This document shows, one piece after another, positions 25,373 to 37,757 of a DNA stretch of 64,000 nt. A program made the translations under genes and the position numbers. This stretch comes from Bilabrum cf. latius (Eukaryota). The notes below the pieces were generated by a model, which was given only the letters and a program-made list of their open reading frames with translations, was not told the origin of the DNA and searched no databases. The stretch lies in assembly GCA_965178125.1 (NCBI GenBank), contig OZ237745.1, positions 1 through 64,000 of the forward strand. Direction: 5' to 3'. The stretch's first letter is position 1. Each line of letters begins with the position of its first letter.

Positions 25373-25854
25373 ATGCAGAGACTGGTGACAGCGGCAGCTA
25401 GGTCCAGCAGGGTAGTGGGTGCTCGTAGCAGTGCAGTGGCTCGCTCCATTGGTATGCAGCAGCGCTCATACAGTGGCAGAGGTCCCAGCAATGCGCTCGA
25501 GACTGCTTATCACGTTTTGGCAAAGCGCAACCCCACATACATCACTTTCATCCTTGTGGGAGCTGTGACATTGGAGACTATTTACGGAGGCATTACAGAC
25601 TCAATTTGGGCCGCTGCGAACAACGGAGTGAGGCCATCAAGTGCCGTTGTCTGCTTCGGGCCGCTCCGGAGCCTCACCGATACAATCCTCTTATCAGTGT
25701 GCTTATGCACCTCCCATAGCTTTTCTTGGTATGTATAAGCTTGACTTTCGTTTGCCTTTTTCTTCGCTCGCAGAAGACTTTCGAAACTGCGGACTGGTCG
25801 AAGTTCAGCAGCCCGCTGGACGATGAGGATGAGGACGATGAAGACGACGAGTGA
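25373..25854 (+). CDS. QCR9: Complex III subunit QCR9/UQCR10-like; intron 25628-25773
   Basis: AYHVLAKRNPTYITFILVGAVTLETIYGGITDSIWAAANNG|KTFETADWSKF, Arg/Ser/Ala-rich presequence, acidic tail, TGA. Confidence 0.85.
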
Positions 25855-26048
25855 AGCTTTTTGTGCTTTAGCAAAGATGTGGTTGATTCTTTGCTACGTC
25901 TTCGCCATTGTATAGTACTGAATCTATCTTGTCCATTCATTCGACATTTGAGTTTGGCTATCCTATCCTTACCCTGGCACTGGATGCACGCGCTGTCACA
26001 AGATTCTCCCTTTGGCATCAATCATTGTGGAATGTCCCAAGTTCGGCA

Positions 26049-27176
26049 TCAGGATCCCTTAGGCTGCAACGGCGCCTCTCCGGCATCTGCATCCCTTGCA
26101 TCCTCGTCATCTGGTTCGTACTTGCGGAGCCTGGCCTTGAGATCGATGACTTGCTTGTTCTTGCGAGCGAGCATGTCTTTGAGCATGCGGAACTGCTTCG
26201 TCTATGTCACGCGGGATGCTGGCAGCGCACCAGCAGCACCCTCGCTGGCCGCTACCGGGCCTTTGGCACCGGCCGCCTCCCCACCAGTGGCCTTGGCGTC
26301 CTCGAGCTCAGTCTCCAGCTAGCCCACACGGGCTCGCAACTATTCCAGCTCGGCGCGCGCGTGTTCGGGCACTACTTCACTTGCCTATGCAGCTACAGCA
26401 GATGCAGACCCTGCCGCTGCCTTGGCGCTGCGAGGAAGGGGGCCTGGGGAGGATGTGGTGGGCAGTGGAAGCTGCATAGCGACTGTGCGTGTCTTCTAAA
26501 CGACTGCACGGTGCACCTCACCTTTCAACTTCTCGCGAGAGGGCCTCAGATCTCCTGGTGAGCTCCCCCACCTGCCGGGCGAGGCGGTCTTTCTCTGCAT
26601 TGGCTTTCTGAGTTTCCGCCTCGAGGGCTGCGTGCTATTCGAGCAGTTTGCGATGCTCGTCTCCTAGCTTGTCCAGCTCTTCTTTTCCCGCCCTTTCTGC
26701 CTAACCTAGTAAAGCAGCATCCAGCATTTTCATCTTGCCAACCTCCACAAGGGAGGCCTCGTCCTCCGTTTTGGAAAGATCGATGCTGACGGCGACACCA
26801 GCCACAGCAGCTGACATGAACACTTGTTCAAGAACCAATGCGCCCATCTGTGCATGCTTATCTAACTCTCTGGTTGCAGAGTCACGTAGTGCGTCTGAAG
26901 CCTCGTCCAATATCGACTAGACCTCCTCTTGTGAAAACACGGTCTCGCTCAGTCGAGCATCACGTACATCCTTGATAACCGCACTGATTTCGCCCAAGAA
27001 GGCATCTCTCTTTGTAGAAAAGAACCGAAGGTACTCCTAAATCTGCAAACATTGAAAACGGTGGTAGACTTGGGCATATGCCTGTTTTCGGTACACTGTT
27101 CGTGGAGCTGACCGCAGTTGTGCTACCTCACCTATTCTCTTAGCGGGACAGCCGCTGCGCCTGACGCACCAGCCAT
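26049..27176 (-). CDS. LZTFL1: LZTFL1/BBS17-like ciliary coiled-coil protein; introns 27043-27131 and 26428-26521
   Basis: EYLRFFSTKR..DARLSETVFSQEEV..LEQVF and C-terminal FRMLKDMLARKNKQVIDLKARLRKYEPD resemble LZTFL1. 9 in-frame TAGs, GT-AG introns, TGA. Confidence 0.85.
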
Positions 27177-27333
27177 GGCTCAAACTTGTAGGAGCGAATG
27201 ACTGGATAGCTGCACCTATTGCTGTGCGGTGACCAAGTCGCGGTCGGCTACGCGGCGCCGCGCAATCACGTCGTTTGCGGAACCGAAATTCAACTGCCAC
27301 CTGTGGCGGCGCTCCTAGCACACGAAGTAGGAC

Positions 27334-27675
27334 ATGGTAAGCCATTAATCTTTGTCCTCATTTCTTTTTGATGTTGTGGCTGAGGTATGTTAGACTTTTG
27401 AGCGCCAACACCTCTTCATTTTTGCGCAGGCGGGTGTTGCAGACATCGAAAAGAGTGGGGCCAGTGGAGAGGACTTGACAAAGTTTGTCAACGAGATTTT
27501 GACAGAAATGCAAAGCAAGTTCTCCGACATGAGCAAGGAAATCGTTGGAAAGATTGACAAGATGGGCGACCGTATCGATGAGCTTGAGAAACAGATCAAC
27601 GATCTCATGGATCAGGCTGGAGAAGGCGGAGCTGGCGCGGACCGAGCAGCAGCAGCAGCTGGTGATGGCAAGTGA
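27334..27675 (+). CDS. HSBP1: Heat shock factor-binding protein 1; ATG-only first exon, intron 27337-27429
   Basis: DLTKFVNEILTEMQSKFSDMSKEIVGKIDKMGDRIDELEKQINDLM; ATG|GTAAG donor and CGCAG acceptor; TGA. Confidence 0.9.
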
Positions 27676-27760
27676 TCATTATTACGCAAGAGTATTTGAC
27701 GATAGACTGAGCATCCCCCAGACTGTAGAGACAAGCAGCCACACCAGGATATTTTGAATC

Positions 27761-30292
27761 TTATTGCTGGCTGTCGGCACCGTTAGCGCTCGCCTGTGCG
27801 CTGCCAGCCCCTATCCCTCTGCCCGCTCCAGCTGACACCATGGCTAGCTCTGCCTGCTTCCACCTCTCCTGCACCAGTCGCTCCAATTCCGCCACGCGAG
27901 CCTCCCTCCTCCTCACAGCCGCTAGCGAGGCCCGGGCCTCTGCAAGCACAGCCCTCGCCGCCTCGTTGTCCACGGCCTCGCTAGGCCCGGCCTGAGGTTT
28001 GCCAAATGAAGAGAGCGACCCAGCAGCGGATCCCGCTCGAGAACCTTGCCCTGCCGCCAGAAGCCCCAGCGCCACAGCTCCATCGACAGCCTTGCCCGCG
28101 CTGTAGGGCAGCGAGGGCAAGGCAGCCTCCTCAGCAGCGGCAGACAGAGCCCCCATGGCGCGCTCTGCCGCCTCCCGTGCGGCTCGCACAACACTCGGCG
28201 GTGCTGCTGCTGTCAGTGCCGCAATGGCGCCTAGCGCAGACCCGTGGGCCTGCCCCGCTTCACCACCCGTTTCAGGCCGTACGCTCGCTGGTGCCCCACC
28301 CAGCGCCAGGAACCTGCCTAGACAGGCCTGCCCGGTCCTAGACCCTTCTGCCCCTGCCCCAGGGGGGCACTCCTTCAGGAGTTGCCTGGATACTGCCTCC
28401 CAGTCCACAGAGGCAGCATCGTTGTCACCCCCTGCCTTACCATCCCCAGCAGAGCGCACGTCGCCAGCACCGCCCCCGCTGACCTGCGCCCCCACCGCCT
28501 CAAGGAGTGCACGGTCCTGCTCCGCAGTCCACAGCCCCCCCATGGACCCGCGCAGAGCATCGCGCACACCGTCCCCACTGGAGGCCCCGGGCGGTGCTTC
28601 CCCTAGCACAGACACGATGCCGACCCTTCTCTCTGCCCCTGCCTGCCCCCGCAAGTGTCCGGGGGCTTGCTGCGACACTCGCGCCTCTGCTGCTGCGAGC
28701 AGTCTGTGCATCTCCCAGGCCCCTCGAGAAGGCCCGCTGTCTCCCGCTACCCCTTGAAGCAGCGCTCCCTGCTGCAGCACCACGGGCGCTATCCTCACGG
28801 TGCTGCCAGCATCGCCGACCTCTTGCACGGACAGCTGCCGAGCCCTGCCCACCTCAATCCGTTGCAAGCTGACAGAGCTGTTGGACTGCCCACTCGTGTC
28901 GGCACCATCGCCATTGCTGCTGCTGCTGCTGCTGCCGCCACCACTGGTTGAGCTCGCGGACTTGCTAGAACCAGAGGCAAATGCCACGGGCCCACCTGCC
29001 ACTCCCTCGCTCTGCACCCCCAGCCCGGCGTCCAGTGATGTGCCGGGCAGCGGCGCGATCACTCGCACCGGCCAGTGGGTAGCCGGGGGATGTCCCCCTG
29101 GCACGGGCCTCGACTGCGGAACCACGTTGTAGTTGATCACGCCCCACCTCTCGAGGAAGCGGTGCAGCCGGATCACGAAAGCCGCGTCTGCTACAAGCGC
29201 CCTGCGAGCCGAGGTGGCCGTCAGATACCTGCCCGGGTGCTGTCTGTAGGCCGACACCATCCAGTCGCGGCAAGCCACGTATTTTTCCGGCGTGCGGCTG
29301 GCGCTGGATGAGTCGAACCACCGAGGGAAGGTTCGTCGCTCCATGCCGTGAATTCCCCTGGGCCGGTACCAGGCCGCGCAGGCAGGCATGCTGGCGGGGT
29401 GTGACGAGGGCATGGCAGCAGCTGCGCCTGCCGTGGGACCCCCTCGGCTGCTGGGAGTGGGAGCTGCGCCGGATGCCCCCGGCTGTGCGAGCAGGTTAGA
29501 GGCCCGGGCCAGGGCTGCCAGGTCGGGCGCTACGAGCACGCTGGCCTGCTGTGCGACCGCTGCCTTGGCATGGGCCATCACGTGCAGGCTCTGCGTGTCC
29601 AATCGAGCCCGCTGCTGCGCCTGGTCCGTCTGAAGACGCCCCACCTCTTCTGCCGCCCGCGCCACGCTAGTGGCCTGGTCAGTGGCCAGGCGAGCCGCCT
29701 CGATGGCCGCCAGGGCCTGCTCCGCGCTGGGGTTGGCGTGCGGCAGGGCTGCCGCGATATCCTTGGCTGCATCTGCTTGCTCCCCTTCGAGCTCTCGCTT
29801 TGCCACTTCTAAGGCGCGCTGCCGCTCCTTCTCCCGCTTCGTCTGCTTCTTGCCACCGCCGGCACCCTGGGCGTTTGCGCCTGCACCTGCACCGTTCGAG
29901 CCAGCAGATTTCCCCTTTCCTTGACCCCCCCCTTTCTTCCCGCCAATGGTGGATCCTTTCGGATTCGGTGAGGTTTTCCGTTTCAGCTGTGATGCCCCCC
30001 CGGTACCTCCCGCGCTACGCCCACGCTTCTTGGCTTGTGCCTAGCTCGGCTGCATCTCATGCTAGTCTTGCGAGCGGGGCCTCTTCAATCCGGCATGAGT
30101 CGTTGTCTATGGAGCATGTTGCTGCTAAATGTACGGACCAGTACTAAATTTGACTCGCATAGGTTGCGCAGGGCCAGCAGACTGGCCAGATGAATCTGCC
30201 CTTGAGGCCATTGGTGCACTGCTCCCGCCAAATGTAATCTTGATCCGTGGCACCCCCTAATTCCCATTAGAACCACTATTTCCTTGCGCCAT
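27761..30292 (-). CDS. SWI3/SMARCC-like SWIRM + SANT chromatin-remodelling subunit, ~843 aa
   Basis: SWIRM (WYRPRGIHGMERRTFPRWF..TPEKYVACRD..YLTATSARR..RLHRFLERWGVINY) and SANT (WTAEQDRALLEAV..WEAVS..RTGQACLGRF). The N-terminus extends through 5 TAGs to ATG 30292; ends TAA. Confidence 0.85.
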
Positions 30293-30614
30293 CCGTCCAC
30301 TCGATCAGTTTGACTTGACAGCGGGTCACTCTACAGGGCGGATCAAGAACCGCGGCAACCACAGCCGCACGTAGGCTACCGGTGTACTCTCGCTGCAAGG
30401 CTGCGCTGGGAACAGCAAGAAGCAGTCCAAAATGGACCAATATTAAAATATCTAATATACTCAAAGCTTTGTCGCCGTGTCGGAGCCGTTGTTTCCCTCC
30501 GAGAGCTTGCTTCAAACCAAACAAGATTTTGTGCGACGGGGAGTTGCGTGTACATAGTAGCAAACAAAATATGGTGGGCTACTATTAGCTAGAGCTCACC
30601 GCGAATCCCTTCTA

Positions 30615-32204
30615 ATGCCTGGATCGAAGAGAAAGCGAGATGAAATCAATAGATAGAGGAATATGATTGGTGATGGGGCCGCAGAAACTGAGAAGGCGCT
30701 CGCTGCTGAGCTATTTGGATTGGCCGCTACTGCAACCGGTGCAAGTGTACCACAGAAGCGTCGCAAAACTGAGCCTCGAATGAGTCACGACAACGAAGAA
30801 TCGTAGGAAGACGCTAGGGATGCTTGGACAGACGCTGCTGACGATGCTGCTGTTGTAGACCTTGCTCGTACTGCCCGCACCCGCAAGTTGCGGTCTAGAG
30901 ATGAAGAAACTACAGTTAGCAAGGCGCATTTCGAAAAGAAGCTGAGAGAATTTCACGTGAAGAGTGTAAGCAGCAGCAATGACTGGGCTAAAGTGGACGA
31001 GGAGGGAACTGCGCGGGTTGGCGAGGAGGAGGGGGATGCTTGGGGCTCCGAGGCAGACCAGGCAGATTCAGCTGCATTCGGCGGCGTAAAATCAACTGCC
31101 AGCCAGCTCAAAGATGCTGCGAGTACTGGTGTCGATAAAGCATCGAAGTTGCGTGCAACTCGGCTGAAAGACGCGAATGCTAGCGATTACCACCGGAGCG
31201 TTGTCTCCTCCATTGGATTTCACTCAAGCGGGCGTTTGCTGCTGTCGAGCGGCTTGGATTGCTCTCTCAAGTTCTTCAAGGTGGAGGGCTCTGCCTGCGA
31301 GAAGGCTCACTCGGTATCTATTCCGGGCTTCCCAGTCTCGAGAGCTCAGTTCATCGCGGGGGACAAGGTGCTGGCCTTTGGGCGCAGGCCTTTCTTCTAT
31401 GCATACGACGTACCCAGCGGGCGATCCACGAGGATGACGCTGCACGGTCGTCACGAACGCAGCTGGACCCGCGCAGCAGTAGCATCCGGCGCCTCGTCCC
31501 CCTTCGCGGCCGCCCTCCTAGGGGACGCGGGGTCGGTGCTTCTGCTGGACAGCCGCACACACCGGGTGGCGCACGAGCTCAAGGTCGACGGGGACGCGTG
31601 GTGCGCAGACTTTGACCCAACAGGCACCAGCCTTGTGGTGGGCAGCTCTTTGGGGCAGCTGTCTCTCTACGATGTGAGGACTTTGCGCACTGTGGCAGCG
31701 CACAGGGACGAGGGCAGCGCTGGAGTCACGTGCGTGGCGTGCTCGGGGTCAGGGTACGCAGCAGGGGCGGCTTCTGGGGTGGCCAACTTCTACGAGGCAC
31801 CGTCGAGTGCAGCCGGACCCTCTCTCACCGCGACAGCTGCCAGCTCCTCCTCCAAGGTGAGCGCGGCGGCTTCCTCTTCGTCCTCTGCATCTTCTTCTTC
31901 TTCTTCGTTCTTTGCTCCCCGGGCGGGGGATGCCGTTGCTTCACCCGCGTACACGACCATGAATCTGACTACGAGGCTGGAGGGAATTAGCTACAGCGCA
32001 GCCGGGAGCATGGCTGCTGTATGGTCCAAAGAGCAAAAGGACCAGTTGCGGGTGGTGAGCCTGCAGGCCCGAGCAGTGTACGCTAATTGGCCCACGTCCA
32101 GGACACCGCTGTCGCACGTGCAGTGCGCTGCATTTTCCCCCGACGACAGCATGGTGGCGATTGGGAATGATAAGGGAAGGGTGTTGCTGTATGCGTTGGA
32201 TTGA
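30615..32204 (+). CDS. UTP18: U3 snoRNP-associated WD40 protein UTP18
   Basis: AWTDAADD..VDL..RTRKLR, TRLKDAN, GRRPFFYAYD, VYANWPTSRTPL..FSP..IGNDKGRVLLY. Two N-terminal TAGs; TGA. Confidence 0.92.
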
Positions 32205-32236
32205 AATTCTTCTAGATTGCCACTCGTCAGATCTCC

Positions 32237-34800
32237 TCACGCACGCATGGGGGTGAGCTGTGCCATGGTTGCCTCTGCTTGCTCCGGCAGGACAGTCCTA
32301 TTCCGGTCGTTCATAGGCACGTGTGAAGTCCCCGATATCTTGTCGGCTGGGTGTCTCTGCAACGAGGAGTTTACCTCGCCATCTGCCCTACCCAGACCAC
32401 CGCCGCCGCTAAGTACCGTGCTGCGGAAGCCCCCGTCTCCATGCATGACCCTGCGCCCCGCCCGTCCCATGGGCGTCCCAGGAGCCCCCAGGCCGTGCAA
32501 GGTGCCACCCCTCTCCTCGATAGCAGGAACGGGCGGCTGTCTCAGCGCCACGGAGGCTTGCTCCATCCACCGATCCAGCGCGTCCCTGGACACCGGGCCC
32601 ACCTGCTTGCGGCTGGCGAGGAGACCGGAGACCCCTTGGAGCGAGGACTGGCTGCCCACCCTCGATGAGGACTCGCTGCCTCCCAGTCCACTGGTGGCCA
32701 AGGGCTGGGTGTCTGGCGGAGGCAGCTGTCCCGTGCTCTCCAGCTGCTGCACCATGGAGAGCGTCTATGCGAGAGCGGCCGGGTTCTCTGAAAGGTCAGG
32801 GAGCGATGGCAAGTTTGGCAACGAGCCGCTCATCACAGACGCCATGCTTTCCTGCAGGCTGGTGCTCTGATCGACTGGCAGCTCGCTCTCGTCCATCCAC
32901 TCGTGCCCTTCCTCGCCCCCCACTGCACTCGTGAGAGATCCCTGGCCCAGCTAGCGCTCTTCAAGATTCGCACGAGCCGATTTCCTCGAGTCTCGGCCGA
33001 CATCCGCCTGTTCCAGTCCAGCGGCTGGCCCCCTGCGGTACATCTGCAGCGCACTAGATATGATGGTCTCGTCGACACTTGAGTCTGGAGGCCCCTCAGG
33101 GAGTGCGTATCGCAGCACAGAGACGGTCTTGCTGCGGACATGGGGCTGCAGCAGCAACACAGCAGCGCGTTCAATCGCACGAGAAGCAGATGTTTCCGCC
33201 ATGCCGACCAGCTGCTGCGCATAGCTGGCAGATACGGAGTCGCTGCCCCTCGCTCGCCCCTCGCTGGGCTCAGAGTTTTCGTCTTCTGCAGGCTGGTCTT
33301 CGCCGAGATCTCCATCTAAGCCAGCGTCCGCTACGCTCACTGGTGACATTGCCCTGGGAGCATCGCTCAGGTGGCTCGCAGCTTCATCGTGGTCCATGCT
33401 GTTGCTTCGATCCTTGTCCAGTCGCGAGTCGTGGAGCTAGCTCTGGCGCTCGCCGCTGAGGAATGGACGATGGCCTACAGCATGAGAGGAGCCTCGCAGC
33501 CTTTGCTTTGAGCTGTACCCTGTTTTGTCCTTTCGGGGCGGAGCAAGGGCCTTGGAAACGTGCTTGAAGACCGCCATTTGCTAGCTGTCCGGTCGAGTCC
33601 GCAGCAACAGCCTGTGCAGCATTTCAGTCGCTTGCCCCAGCTGCAGCTTCGAATTTCTGATCTCCTTGTGTGCAAGCCTGCACATGACATCATTGTGCAT
33701 CAATTCGGTCTGTCCAGCAGCAGCTGCTTGCTGTGCTGCGCGGGTGCGCCTGCGTTTCTCTTGCACCGTTGCGTCGTACAGCTGCAGCGCCTCTCGGATT
33801 TCCTACTCTACGTTCTTTTGCTCGTCTCCACACCGCTGAATACACCTTGCTTGTTCTAAGCGATCGTCCTCCGAGGCCTGGAACATGCGGATGAGCTCAT
33901 CGTGGGACCTTACGTTGGCCCGGACCGCCATGCGATCCAAGATGTCAGACAGCTGCTCCCGCTGCTGGCGCAGGCTCTCGCTGGTCTCAGCGCACGTGTT
34001 CTTCTCACCTTCTAGGTTTTTGATGTCATCTTGCAGTTGGTGGATACGCTGCAGCTGCTCCTTGTACTCTTTGGCCTGCTCTGCATGCTCTGCTTGCATA
34101 GTCTTGCCTGCCTTCTCTCGCTGCTGCTTGGTGCCCACTCTCGCCAACCGCTGTAGCCGCCTCGCCCGCTTTAAGCGAGCTTCCAGCTTCATTAATGTAG
34201 CTTCATCTTCCATCATCGCCTTGAGTTCTGAAGCCTCGAACACGTCTCGCTAATCTTCCAGCCGGAGAGTGGCAGCTGTTGCGTTTTCACTTTTCGTAAG
34301 CTCGCGTTGCAGCTCTGCCTGTGCCGCCTGCAAGTCGGCACGAGTCTGGAGAAACAAAGACCTGGTACTCTAGTGTTTTGTTCTCTGTTCGTTGATTTCA
34401 TCGACTAGTGCCTGGTTCTCCTTGTCAAGGCCGTCCTCAAGCCTGCGGATGCGTTCGAGCTCCACTTCAGACAGATAAATTCTCTTTCTGTCTCTCTAAA
34501 CCAGGTCAAGATCTGCTCGAATCCCACCAAATTGGGCTTTATCCTTCTTGTACTTTCCTAGTTCATCTTTCAGGCGAGAAAGAGTGTCGCAGAGCTGTTG
34601 CAGAGAGTCGTTGAGCCTGGCTTGTTCATCCAGCAGCCCCTCGTGCAGCATAGAGGTTCTCTGGAAATGTCGGCGCAACTGCTTATCGCGCTTACCCGAA
34701 GTTTGCTGCATTGCTTTGATTCGCTGCTTTATATTTTGGAGCTATCTGGCAGGAAGGAGACGAGCGTGTCTCCTATGAACGGAACTTCTAACCTCGTCAT
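32237..34800 (-). CDS. Long coiled-coil protein, possibly outer dynein arm docking complex (ODA-DC2/CCDC114)-like; probable 47-nt intron 34746-34792
   Basis: Five track ORFs in one frame joined by 9 TAGs; heptad-rich. HDELIRMFQASEDDR weakly resembles the DC2 motif. Ends TGA 32237. Confidence 0.6.
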
Positions 34801-34887
34801 GCGCGGCGCCAGCCCCGACTCCGCCAACGACCACTTTGCAAGGTTGGTACCGGACTTGCTCTGAGCTCCGTTCCTGGTATCACACTT

Positions 34888-36265
34888 ATGTCAGGCACAA
34901 CGGAGCAGTGGCAGTCAGCGCAAGAAGAAGCTGCTGAGAAATTGCGGGTTCGCAGAGAGTACCTGGAGCTGCAACTTGCTGCTGTCGCTTCGCAAAGACT
35001 TGAAAAAGAACGTGAGTGCAAGTCAAGTAAAAAAATAAATCGTTAGTATGACACTGTTCATTGTCGCAAGACCATTGGTGTGCTCCTTTCAACAACAACA
35101 CGATTGCGCAGGTGAGCTGCAGCGCTTGTCCGTGCTCGATTAGTCCAGGCAGCAGTTGTTGCAAACCACCCGAGTAGGGACTGGAGGATCAAGGAGCTAG
35201 TCGCACAGCACTGAGCCTGGTAGCCCCTCCGATGCTGCCAGACAACCGATGTCCCTGGCGGCACAGACCGCAATGCAAGCAGCGCAGCGAGGCCCTGATC
35301 CGATAGAGCGAGCCCTCACGTTGCTGGAAAGAGCCCAGGCAGCCGCCTCACACCAACGAACGTAGATCGCCGCTACTCAGGCGCTTGAGAGACGAAGACA
35401 GACCGCTGCCGAGCAGTACGAGCAGATGCGAACGAGTGGCGAGCAGAAGGTGGAGGAGGCCAAGCGAGAGCTGGACCAGGCTCAGGATGAGCTGAAGCGC
35501 ACGGCTGGCGCGCTGGCAGAGGCGCAGAAGGTTCTCTCGGCGCGATCGAGTCGCTTGAGCGCCGCTCGCTCCAAGCTGGGAGTGCTGATGAGCACCACCA
35601 GAGACTTGCTGCAGCTGGTGCAGCCAGTGGCAGATATGCAGGCCGCGGCAGAGGGCGCCGAAGCGCAGGCCACGCATGAACTGAGCACCGCGCTACAGGC
35701 TTCTAGCGAACAAGCAGGTGCAGTCGGCAGCCCAGCCGTGGGTGGTTCTCCTACCCCGCGTGCAGGCAGCCAGGGCCGGGGCCAGTCCTCGGACTCTCCC
35801 ATTGCCAGGCTGGATGCATCGATTCGGGCACGCATGCGGGACTTGAATGGTCTGTTGGGCGAGGACGAGGAGGTAGGGCAGGAGCAAATGGACAGCAGCC
35901 CCACACCCGCAGCACGTGTGCAAGCAGTCTCCCCCGCAGTTGCAGTTGCAGTTGCAGGCGCATCAGAGCAACGTGCGAGCCCTGCCAACCGCAGCACAGG
36001 TGCAGCGGGGCCCAGAAGTACGGCTGCTTCCCCGGCGAAGGGGGCAGCCGGCGATCCTCCCGCCGGTAGTAGCCCTGTCGGACACCCCCCAGCGGGCGTA
36101 TCGGCGGGGTCACCACCGGTTGCAGGCAGGATAGCTCCTGGGTCTGCAGTTGCTGCTGGGGCGGCTGACGCTGGGGTAGGTGTTCCGCCTGACGCTGAGC
36201 CGCACCACCGGCTCGTGTCCGAGGTAGAGGCCCGACTGGCGCAGTTCGAAGAGACTCTGCCGTGA
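34888..36265 (+). CDS. Coiled-coil hypothetical protein; intron 35012-35111
   Basis: ATG 34888, GTGAG donor and CGCAG acceptor in matching phase, 3 TAGs, continues into track ORF 35426-36265; TGA. Confidence 0.65.
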
Positions 36266-36382
36266 GGAAGCGACGGCTGTGCTGACCTTGTTGTGATATT
36301 GAATACAGTTTCAAACTTTCGATGCTGTGAATGCAACTGTCGCTGCTAGTGTTATCGCCGCCGCTTGCTGCTTGGATCCGGG

Positions 36383-36484
36383 TGGTCACCTGCCATCTGC
36401 GTTGATGGTCACCTGCCATCTGCGTTGATGGTCACCTGCCATCTGCGTTGATGGTCACCTGCCATCTGCGTTGATGGTCACCTG
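36383..36484. repeat. 23-bp tandem repeat, ~4.4 copies, overlapping the sialidase stop codon
   Basis: TGGTCACCTGCCATCTGCGTTGA at 36383, 36406, 36429 and 36452, with a partial copy at 36475. Confidence 0.9.
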
Positions 36485-37639
36485 GTCGCACACGATGGCT
36501 GCAACACCCCCGGAAGCAGCCATCTGCTCCGAAGCCACTGCAAAGGTCAGCTTGCCTGACGTGTAGGCCGGCAACTCTGCCAGCGCCGAGTATCCGAACG
36601 ACGTGGAGGCGCTGTTTACCTATGCGGCGAAGCTCCAGGAGCCGCTGGATCCGTCATCGCTCGTGTAAAGTGTTCCGTTGGACCGCGAAGTGGCGCTACT
36701 GGCGTGAGACAGCACCAGCGAACCGTCTGACGCTGCGACCATGTCCCCATCGCAGGCTGGATCCACCAGCTCCTGGGCCTGCGACAGGGGCCCGAAGGTC
36801 TTCCCGTCATCGCTCGAGCTGGCCGTGAGCCTGACCCTGGGCTTGCCCTCGTTCCGCATGTTGAGGACAAGGTCACCCGTCTCGCTGTAGGCCGCCGTGC
36901 ACTCGTTGGGGACGGCCCCGCCCGAGGGAGGCACTTTGCCACCGAAGGACCACGAGGACCCTGCGTCCGAAGAGAGAAGCACGGTGCTCCCCAGCACGCC
37001 CTGGCTGTCCTTGTACCACCCCGGGACTGCGACCGCGTTGGTGGACAGCGACTGCGTGCCCCCGCTCGGGCCAGGGGCGAACAGCGAGAGACCCGCTGCG
37101 CCGAGAGCCTAGGACAGATTCGTTGGCGAGCTCCAGGTGTTGCCCATGTCGGTGGACGACGTGTACCAAAGGGGGCTGGTCTTGCATTTGTGGGCACAGG
37201 TGACGAAATGAACTCCGATCGTCTCGCCGTCGTTGATGACTGTGGCTGCGCCCAGGTTCAACCCATCGTACGAAGGATCAGTGGTGGAATCGTTGAACAC
37301 CACCTGGGTCGGAGACCAAGTGGATCCGCCGTCACTGGATTTCTTCAAAACAAGGGCCTTGGGTCCGCTGTCGGCGCAACTGTGCAGTCTAGCTTCAGCG
37401 AATAGAAGCAGCTGGTTTGGCTCAGGAGATACCATTACAGGTATTCTATAGCACTGCGAAGGAGCGTTCAAAGTAACTGCATGCGATGATTGTCAAAGAC
37501 ATAGGCCTAGATCCGTGGGCTACAGTCCGATGGCCTACCCCGTACTCACGGAATATCCCGCCTCTCCAGCGGTAAACACAGTAACTGATGCATCTACTAA
37601 ATATACAAGTGCAGAGAGGGCCAGTAATGCAACTGCCAT
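36455..37639 (-). CDS. Secreted sialidase (GH33-like, Asp-box propeller); intron 37454-37549
   Basis: Signal peptide, VFTAGEAGYS|CYRIP, FAEAR, Asp-boxes SSDGGSTW, STDMGNTW, SSDAGSSW and SDDGKTF, plus PNEC and GYS. TAG at 37109 and 36620; TGA 36455. Confidence 0.9.
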
Positions 37640-37757
37640 CTAAACACGCACACCGTCGATGCGCAGTTGCCGCAAAAGAGGCGCCGCGCAGTAATGCTGC
37701 GGAACCAGCAACGGCTAGACTAGTCCAAGTCCACGTGACGTCGTCTAATTAGTCCTG

